Source: Octopus vulgaris
Lineage: Eukaryota
Length of the DNA stretch: 64,000 nt
NCBI GenBank assembly: GCA_951406725.2
Contig: OX597823.1
Span: 69,998,001 to 70,062,000, forward strand
Direction: 5' to 3'
The position numbers and the translations under genes were made by a program. Below, one piece after another: positions 54,111 through 64,000 of the stretch; the first letter of the stretch is position 1, and every line of letters starts with the position of its first letter. Under the pieces are notes generated by a model, which saw nothing but the letters and a program-made list of their open reading frames with translations, searched no databases and had not been told where the DNA came from.

Positions 54111-56606
54111 CATACATACATACAAACATACATATATACATACATGCATGCATACAGACAGACAGACAGACAACCATACATACATACATACATACATACA
54201 TACATACATACATACATACATACATACATGCATACATACATGCATGCATGCATACATACATACATACATGCATGATAGCTATCTTGAGAAATCCAAGACC
54301 ATATCAGCTTTTAGTTCAATCATTTTAAATGTCGAAAGTCAAAAAGTTGTAGATTAAGAGAAGTGGTATAGAGATAGTGTGCGGATCAAAATGTTTTGCT
54401 ACGTTTAACTATACCGCTTACGTCCCGAGCTAATGTGGGTTAAGTTCCCCCCGTTCCTTCTGAGATCAAATCCCTTTCGGCGTCAATAAAATGATTCACA
54501 TTAATAAAGTGGAATTTAGTTCAAACGTTCCCTAATCCGTTGATTTTTATCACTGCAAGATATTATTACAGCAAAACTTAGGAACCCCGATGACCCATGC
54601 TCAGAGTTTATGTGGGGGCAACAATTATCCATGGAAATGCTTGTTGAGTTCGCTTATTTTCTTACGAAGTGGAACGGCTAACATTTCTGGCACCTATACT
54701 TCAGCAGTGAATAAAGAAAGATAAAAGTTATTTGAGGGCCTTGCTGTGGGCAGTGGATAAACAGGAAAATTGCAAAATAATAACCAAAAATTGAGATAGA
54801 CATGTTAAAATTACAGCCGACGGTACAGTCCTTCAATTTTAAGCTCTCGTATACTTTCCGTCCACTAAATTTTACTTATAATGCTGGTCGAACACTTGTC
54901 CAAGGTACCACGTAGTAAGATCGAATCTGAAACCATATAACTGTGAGGCAAAGCATTTTACCGAATCGGCCCTGTCTATTTGGATCAGTCATGATCAGTC
55001 ATACAGAAACTCAAATAGCCATGCAACATAAAAAGTCAAGGAAATAAGCGAATATAACCTGAATAGTAACTATACCCAATAAAGGGGCAATGAAGCAATT
55101 GTCCCTTTATTTTCCCCGCATTAATTCTGGTAACACTAACTTAATTAATATTTAGTTGTTTTGTTTTTTTTAATTCAGATGGCCTCTAAGAGAAATTTAT
55201 AACCTGAACACTTCCGTTTTTGTATGCTCGTAAGAATTACATTTGTACAATTACGTAAAGATTTTCTCATCACAGCTTCTGCACGTACGGTCAGGTTTAT
55301 AATTTGTAAAAGTTTAATAAGTCTATAATATGTCCGAAGTTGTCTTTCGTATTTGCAAAACGAATTAAAATGATGTTAGTCTATTATTTTTTTTCCAACT
55401 GTACATTTTCTCTATATTGCTCTTTAATACTCTCGTCATTAAATATGTTAACTCTAACTTAACTAAATATTCTTTTTTAATGTAGAAAACATCTAAGAGT
55501 AATTTATTGTCTAAACAAAGGATTCATTAATTTGTGTTAGAAAGTTAACAGTGTTTATTAACACGCCTTTATTGTGTGCTGTATATTCGTAGAGACAAGA
55601 AGAATAAAATTACTGAAGAATAAGAAGAGATGTTGAAGAGAAAAGCAGAAAACTTTCAGGGATAAGAAAAATGTCATTATTTTCCAAATTGTAAAGTTCT
55701 GAAGTGTTGGTGCTTATCGCCAATTTCTGGTTAAATGAATAAGAAATATGCGTGTGTGTTTGTTTGTTTCCAACCGAGAAGGTCATCAAATTCTTCAATC
55801 CAACAGTATCATCATTTCACACACGTTGTTCTGGTTCAGGTGTTATATAGTTATTTTCACGGGATTGAACTTATACAACAGCTGGACTACTTTCTTAGAA
55901 CTCGGTAAACTCAACAGTTAAATGTTTCGACAGTGTATTGGATGAGGCATAATTCGTGTTAACGCAAATGACCACTCGGCTAATTGTCCGGTGCTCACCA
56001 ACTCAGTTGTCAGAGCTTTCGGTAAGAAACTTTGCATTATCTACAAAATAAAAGCTATAGGTTTTAAGTCTTAAAGCATTTTTCTGCTTTATCATAAGCG
56101 GAATGAAAGCACCACTGAAGTTTTTTGGAAAATTTACGGAAAGACAACAAAAGAGACCACGTGGAAGTGATGATAATCTTGACAACAGATTACGTGAACC
56201 AGAGACTGAGAGCATACCCAACGATAAAAATATGTCCTCACTTAGACTGTTGATCAAATACTTACTTTAAACAAGCTGTCATCGCTGCATGTCAACTTTA
56301 CTGCTACTCCTCGATGAATCATCGAGGAGTAGGGTATTTCCATCGGCACTGTACATCTGATAATACTGGGGCTGCCCAGCGATTACAACTTCATACCAAA
56401 AGATTAAGATGAGAGCTCTTTAGTCAGGTATGGCTTACTCAGAGAGCGACACGAGAGAAAGATTCATGCTCGCGACGACATTAGTAAGGTTTGAGGTCCT
56501 AAACTATAAGCTCCGAAAGTTTTCTAGGGTTATTCACGTTGAGTTTATACTTTACATGTAAAGATGCGCTCCAAATTTAATTTACTGTTTTCTTACAAAC
56601 ACACAA

Positions 56607-56735
56607 CGGGCGGCGAGTTGGCAGAGTCATTAGACGACCGTCGGAGAAAATGCCTTGCAATATCCAGTCCCACTCTGTGAGTTCAAATCCCACCAAAGTC
56701 GGCGGGGTCAACAAATAAAGTACTGGGATCGATTC
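56607..56735 (+). mobile_element. Diverged SINE family A (other decayed copies near 4830, 10945, 28265, 31915, 38170, 59860, 61870)
   Basis: gggcggcgagttggcagagtcattag...gagttcaaatccc. Confidence 0.65.
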
Positions 56736-58123
56736 TTCTTTTATTTCTGTTTCCACGCTAGAACAAATTATTTGTATATCAAATCGGGGCTCCGCTAATT
56801 TAAAATGCCCACGACGCACTATGTCACCACGCCACTCTGACGATTCCATCAAGAGCTCGGGTTTCATTGGTGGAAAGACTATTCACACAAGGCCATAAAT
56901 CCTAAGGTAAGCTGTATAACTCGATACCACTGCTTAGAAGTTTGCTATTCTATTTCCTCAACCCTAAAACGCAAAGCCAGCCTTAGCGTTATTTGAACTA
57001 AGGAAGTAGTGGGGTGAAACACTATACAGTAAAGTATTTTGCCCGATACTCTGTCGTTTCACCCATTCTATTGTTCTTAAATTAGCAATAATGAAAGGTG
57101 ATGATAGCGCTGCCAAAATCATAACCTAATTTATCCGTCCAGCTAATAATTTGGGTGCCAAAAATAATTAAACAGATTGTATATAGCATGTGAAAACGAA
57201 GTGTGGAACCAATTACTGGCAATGGATTTTGTAATCGCTGTGCCTGCTTCCAAATAAATTTATCGACTCGTTTTTAGTATGCAGGAAATGCATTAATGAT
57301 AGGTCTTTGACAGGTTTGAGTGGGTAATTTTATAATACACTACATAATACTGACATCGTTCTAATTGGAAATTTATATATCTCGTTAAAGCACTGCATTT
57401 CAAATCAAAATTGATTGTGGCAGAATTCGTGTCGTAATCTGATGATAATGTTCCGTAAATCTCGCCTTCTTGACCATATTTATACAGCATAAATACATAC
57501 ATGAGCGCACATAGACACACACACAAATACATACATACATACATACATACATACGTACATACGTACATACATACATATATATATATACATATATACATAC
57601 ATACATGCATACATATATGCGTACGTATGTAGGTGTATGTGAGTGCACATTTTACTGTGAGCGTCGTAGTCGTTATCTGTGTGAACACATAAAATATGGA
57701 GATGTACCTTTTGCCCTCTGTTAGGGGTTGTTCATCTGTATGCAAATGGGATTCCATTATTTCAGACTCAGAATTTCGAATATCCAATCCACTTATGTCA
57801 CATTTCTGCAACTGCATTATGTATGCATGATTTCTTGCTTCTAATTTCAGTAACTGTCAATGAGAATTTTATTTAATTCAGACATGTTTGCATACATATA
57901 TTATGATAAACTCTGTAACGTTTTGTTTTAAATATCTGAATATCAAATAAAGAAGCATAAAAATTCATAAAAATCTATTACTTTTCCTCTTAGCGTATTT
58001 GTTCCGTTTTATGAACCCCTTGGAAACAATAAATTTCTCAAATTCATTGATATTTCAACATCATTCCTGTCTAATTTTTTGTAGGAAATTTTTTCATTGA
58101 GGTTTTTGTTGCAGTTCTCTCTT

Positions 58124-58154
<31 letters not shown>

Positions 58155-58157
58155 ACC

Positions 58158-58207
<50 letters not shown>

Positions 58208-58789
58208 CTCTGCCTCTTTCTCTCTCTCTATCTGTTTCTCTGTACCTAGCTATATGTTTTTCTCTGTCTTTATCTCTCTCACTATATATATTTTTCTACA
58301 TTTCTTCGTATCACATTGACAGCAGAGTAATATAGCTGGTTAAATATAGCTGTAGTGCATGTGCTTCTATAAGGTCCCATGATGTTTGGTGATCTTAAAC
58401 AGATCAGTTTGATTAGCATGTACAAAGTATGAACTAAACGTATTATAAAGTTTCGCTTTGTTTTTTGTTTGTTTTGTTTTTTAATGTTGTCGCTCAATCC
58501 ATTCGTTTAAAATCCTGTGAGAAACGATGTTGATTAACTTCAGTTCAAATTACCATATTACTTGCTTTAGTGATCTGCACCAACTCATACTTTATTTTCA
58601 TTGCGAAGAACGATGGAAAGCGAGCAAGATGGAAGTTTTTGTAATAGGTACAGTGCAACGCGGATGACAAAATTTAAACTGTGAGTTATTCAAAAGCCAT
58701 TCTGATGCCTATTGATTAAGTAATCTGCATCATTACTTGATTACATCAGCTACCACACATGTCCTCAGAGTCAATAAATTAGATACCAT

Positions 58790-59080
58790 AATGGCCCAGT
58801 GGTTAGGGCAGCGGACTCGCGGTCGTAGGATCGCGGTTTCGATTCCCAGACCGGGCGTTGTGTGTGTTTATTGAGCGAAAACACCTAAAAGCTCCACGAG
58901 GCTCCGGCAGGGAGAGGGGTGATCCCTGCTGTACTCTTTCACCACTCTTTCTCTCACTCAGCGGGGTGGCGTCATTCGAAGGCTAAAACAATGCGAACGC
59001 ATTGTGACCAGCGATGTGTAACAACATCTGATGGTCTGGTCTGATTAGATGAGTTGTAGTGCACCTGAGCACTGTACACA

Positions 59081-59110
<30 letters not shown>
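58790..59110 (+). mobile_element. SINE with family B head and an alternative tail ending (ATT)n
   Basis: 58790-58959 aligns to about 8226-8397, then the sequence is unrelated to 8400-8599. Confidence 0.88.
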
Positions 59111-59112
<2 letters not shown>

Positions 59113-60619
59113 TAATTGGCATCTAGCTTATAGACTGCGCAGGGGCACAAGACAAAGTTGACAACGGCAGAATTTTAACTCTCAATGTAGAACTGTGGAT
59201 CTTAAACTGTGCGCTGCAAGACATCCGGGCGAGCCGCGGATTTTTATAAAATATTTTTAAGGCATTAGAAGATACTATATTTTAACGTCTTATAAAATAC
59301 GGTATTCATAATTTGGTTCTACACAGATTTTGGACTCTCTCTCTCACCACTTCGACCAATAGAGGTTCAGCAAGACAAAGCTACACAATATTCTTAGCTC
59401 GATATTTTGTTATTCAGTCTCATGTGAGAATTCAAACCTAAACAGAATTTATAGATCCGGTTGCAGAAATTTCAGTGGGGGTCTTCCCTGTTTGGGGCTA
59501 GATTGGATCCGGCCTTAAAGTCGGAGATAGCTTGGTAGCGTGAGATTGTCCACTGGGCTCTATTCCGTACTTCTGATTCCTATATCTTCAGGTTTATCTT
59601 GAAGGTTTTCCAGTAGATTTTTAGAGTGTCTTTCTGATTGAGAAATAGCAGGCCTTGGTCCCTTGCAGCAGACCTAAGCATCGTAGGATGGATTTGCTTT
59701 TAATCATTGCGGTGTTTACTTTTCCATTAATCTTGGATTGATAAAATAAAGTATTAGTCAAATACCGGAGCCGATATCACGTGCTATACTCTTCCCCCAA
59801 AACATGTGAACCTCTATCAGTAATCGATATTTACACATACATATATTTAAAAAGGCTGTGAATTAAAAGAATCATTAGATCGTGGGATAACACGCTTCAC
59901 GGTATTTATTTTGGCATTCTGCGCTCTGGAGTCAAATCCCGCTGTACTTCATTTTGCATTTCACCCTTTCAGGATCGACAAATAAAATACCAGATCCATT
60001 GTGCAGAATGGCGGAATTGTTAAAGCGTTTGACATGTCTTACGATATATGTTCCGGCTCTTTACATACCGAGTTCAAATTCTGGCTCGGACTAATCATTC
60101 GATCATAACAGTGTTTCATCCAGCTCAGAGTTGGCCGGCCCACAACCAGTGTATACTGTGGTTTCCATCAAGTAATGGCTCGAAAATGGCTGGAGGGGAA
60201 GAAATATTACAAAATAATTGTAGCTATTTGTCATTTCTAAAGATGAGGTTAATAACCCGAAAATTTAAATGGGAAACATTTGGGCGAGAGCTATTAACTT
60301 CCATGTAGTTTAAAGACGTCTGAATGTATGCAACTGGTTTGAACAGAAAACATTTATCAGGACTACCTGCTACTTAGCAACTATGCTACTTGGCAATGTC
60401 TTTGTGATAATCCAAGGCGAAAACTCTCAGTGGATAGTCTTAGACTCAAATATAGCAAGCTCAAATAGTTGCAGTTATTTTGTTAATTCTGGGCGCAGAA
60501 CATTTAACTCTGCGCATCACAGTTAATATACGTTAATATACCAGATTGCTAAACGGTTTTGTATAAGTAATCTTTATTTGTATTAGAATGACCTCCGATC
60601 CACTTATTGTTAGCGAATC

Positions 60620-60861
60620 TACTATCATCATCATCATCATCATCTTCATCATCATCATCGTAGTCATCATCGTCGTCATCGTCGTCATTATCATTCCCAT
60701 TATTATTATCATCACCATCATCATCATTATGATTATTGTCATCAATCTCTATAGTGTAATTCATATGAGAGGCCTTACAAATGTATCGGTCTTGTAGCGA
60801 TCTGTTCATTGTAATGGCTGTACAGAGATTAACCATAGACAACACTTTCGCGCGCGTTCGC

Positions 60862-60892
<31 letters not shown>

Positions 60893-61050
60893 TACATGTG
60901 CTTCTGTGTGTGTATGCGTATGCGTGTGTTGGTGTGTGTGTGTTCGTGCGTGTGTGTGTTCGTGCGTGTGTGTGTGTGTGTGTGTATGCGTATGCGTGTG
61001 TTGCTGTGTCTGTGTGTGTGTTTGTGTTCGTGCGTGTGTGTGTGTGTGGA
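60620..61050. repeat. (CAT)n-like and (TG/CG)n low-complexity tracts
   Basis: Directly visible. Confidence 0.9.
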
Positions 61051-62571
61051 GCAATAATGATTCATACTGAGAAATTTGTGAGAATAAAGGATTATAGAGG
61101 TTTAAAAATCACCTCACTTTATCATTTATACTTTCTGAAGGAAAAAGAGTAAAGAGAAAGCAAATGTGCTGATGACCTTTTAGAAGAAGTATAGGCAAAT
61201 AATGTTACATACAAATTCATGGAAAATATGTTAACCCCCTCTTTGCCAAAATGTACTTGGCATGAATTCTGGTAAATTCACAAAAAGAAGGTCAACCTTT
61301 TATGTAGCAATACGTTAGATTTACAAAAGGTCATATTCTTGTTAAGATAATTCTTCTGCATTTATCTCAGAAGAAACAAAAGATGGCTTAGAAAATTTGT
61401 GTATGTATATGTATTTATAGACATAGATACAGAGAGAAATAAATAAAGAACAGAGGCAAAAATAAAGATGGGGAAAGATTTCTATATCAGGTAATGTTGA
61501 AAGTTAATATTTTTAGAATTTCTAAAGTTTTGCTTTAGGAAAGCAGATAAGCTCTAAACTGAAACATAGTCTCCTGGTTTTGTAACTTCGTTTCAATTCT
61601 TGGTCGCAGCTATTTCACTTCAGATATTTAGCTCTCTTCCAAGTTCTATACTGCGTAATCACTAGACGTGCTACAAATAGTACTGATATGATATGTTGGC
61701 GATCGATCTTCCAATCGATCCAAGAAAACAGTGTTTTATTTGGTTTTTCAAATTGCCGATGCTATGTATCGGTCACAGTAATTTCGGTAACGGAACAGGA
61801 TTTGAACTCACAACACAAAGTACCCGAACAGATAGTACAAGGCATCATACCGCCAATACTCCGACCGGGGCTGATTCTTGTTTTCGACTTTGAAGTGATG
61901 AAAGATGAAGTTGACCTCCATACGATTTACACCCAAGGTGCAATAAATACCGCAGTGTATTCTACCCAACATTCAAACAGCTTTACCAATTTGCCGCTTC
62001 ACCTGGTGGTAAGTTCATTCATTATTAGATTACTTGACTTGACGAAGAGATTTCTGCGTAATCACCAGACATGCTACAAATAGTAATTAATAAACCAGAC
62101 TCAATAGTTTTTGTTTTGTTTTTCTTTTTTGGCTTTATTTTTTTTTTTTTAAGAATACTTTGGCTAATATAGTCAGAGGCACAATATATATGAAATAAAG
62201 ACCGGACTGTCAAGGCTGAAATTTCTTTGTTCTCAGGGTTTGCTCATCAGCAATATCGGCAGATGTTTTTGTTGTTTTTTGTTTGTAGTGAATGGAGAAA
62301 GCTTGGTTTGCAATGTTTGTATGCTTGTCAAGAGCTGGGCTCATTAGCCACGAACGGAGCCGCAAATGCAAAATATAAATTAGTCCTAGAACGCACAATA
62401 TTCCTGAAGGTCAGCAATGGTCTTCCTCGATCACGAGTGGACGGCTATCATAATGTGTGTGTGTGTGTGTATGAATATATATATATATGTGTGTGTGTGT
62501 ATATATACGTACGTTGTGGGTAGGTGGGTATGTGTGTCTATGTGTGTATGTGTGTATGTGTGTGTATGTGA

Positions 62572-62607
<36 letters not shown>

Positions 62608-63647
62608 AGTCATATTCATAAAGAAACTTTAAACAAGTGCCCAATTACCTACCTACATCGTACAAGACATAACAGTTTAAACATACAGACGATCGAATTG
62701 TGGAATTCGTATTAATACAACCGAAGGCACAAAGTTTAGAAAATGGGCAATTATTTTTAATGAAAAACAACTTCAGATAACTTAATTCCTGTCAATGTGC
62801 TGAGGGCACGGCGAAAATTATATTGCCCAAACAGGCATGTCACTCAGAAAACGCATGACAGTTTACAAATAAGAAATACGTGATCAGAACACTAGTGAAA
62901 TTCGAATCAGTGAGCATTGGACAAGTGCAGGAATTCGGAAACCAAATTATATAAACCTTTCCAACTATATCAATAATCAGAAAATATGATAACACAGTAT
63001 TGATAAAGAAACATTTTTTTTTATATTGTGAAATATAAACCAAGGTGAAATTGTTAACCAGTTACTGACACTTATTTTTAATCTACATATTAATATTTAT
63101 AAAATATATTTTCCCATATATTTTTGAATAGTTTTAATACAAAAATTTACATTCCTACTTAATTTGGGCCTACAAACTCATACGATATTACATTCTTTGT
63201 TACCTGATGAGTCTATAACGAGGCTACTTCCAGTCAACATACTTTATATTAAATGAAGGCTCGTAGCATGCCATTAAACACGCTCATTTGCCATAAATAT
63301 AATCAATAAACAATGGAATCGCTTTGTTATATGTACTTTACAATATTTAATAATGCGTTTCTATTATTATATGCTCTTGGATGCTTGATAATGTATTCTG
63401 GAATAAAAAATGTACTTTGGAATTCGTAATCTTGAAATGATTTCATTGTAATGATGCATTTTGAATATGATATAGTATTTAGGAACATATATGATAATAT
63501 TTCTTGAGATAATTTCATTGTGATCATCTGTTTTTGAGTACATATTGTTGTATTTTGAAAGAATTTGCGCGTAATAATTTGCGTTGAAATTAATTACATG
63601 CAATGAAAAACGAATTGCGCATTTTCTTCCTGTTATCATTACTCTCC

Positions 63648-63702
<55 letters not shown>

Positions 63703-63703
63703 G

Positions 63704-63774
<71 letters not shown>

Positions 63775-64000
63775 GTATGCATATATATATATATATTCTT
63801 CTCCTTATATATATTTATATATATTTATATATATATATATATATATTTATATACTTTATTTTAAGCAGCAGAAAATTCAACAAAATCTGTTACTCTGAGT
63901 TTCTCGTTGCCGTTCATCAGACAGTTTTTGCTAGAATGGAACATATATATTAATTCAATCTATACTCTTACAAACGCTACACCTTTAAAAAGAAATGGAC

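Noticed and set aside
61650-62086. ~30-bp direct repeat suggesting LTRs or a long TSD
   Set aside because: It resembles a dispersed repeat motif also seen near 33285, 41405 and 41620, and has no TG...CA or PBS/PPT.
63200-63230. CTGATGA hammerhead-like seeds here and at 3872
   Set aside because: No GAAA or supporting stems.

Overview
AT-rich eukaryotic non-coding DNA (intronic or intergenic), most likely from an octopus or other coleoid cephalopod. This is inferred from very dense (TA)n/(CA)n/(TATG)n/(GATA)n microsatellites and abundant tRNA-derived SINEs resembling Octopus OK/OR-type families. No intact protein-coding gene, rRNA, tRNA or CRISPR array is supported, and nearly all ORFs in the track are microsatellite artefacts. 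The window is a graveyard of mobile elements: at least four SINE families (several with clear TSDs), two CR1/L2-group LINEs, an RTE LINE broken by nested insertions, RLE (R4/Dong-like) LINE ends, a Gypsy RNase H fragment, Tc1, mariner, Tigger and hAT relics, a Helitron end, MITEs and several Penelope-like pieces. The best leads are: (1) a SINE/LINE pair sharing a 3' tail with a covarying hairpin; (2) Penelope-like insertions with inverted pLTRs, a GIY-YIG relic missed by the ORF track, and minimal hammerhead motifs, some with a U3-A8 variant core; (3) a 13x45-bp in-frame minisatellite born from LINE ORF2; (4) head/tail shuffling among SINEs. I cannot support a claim of a wholly new biological system. 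All alignments and translations were done by eye.
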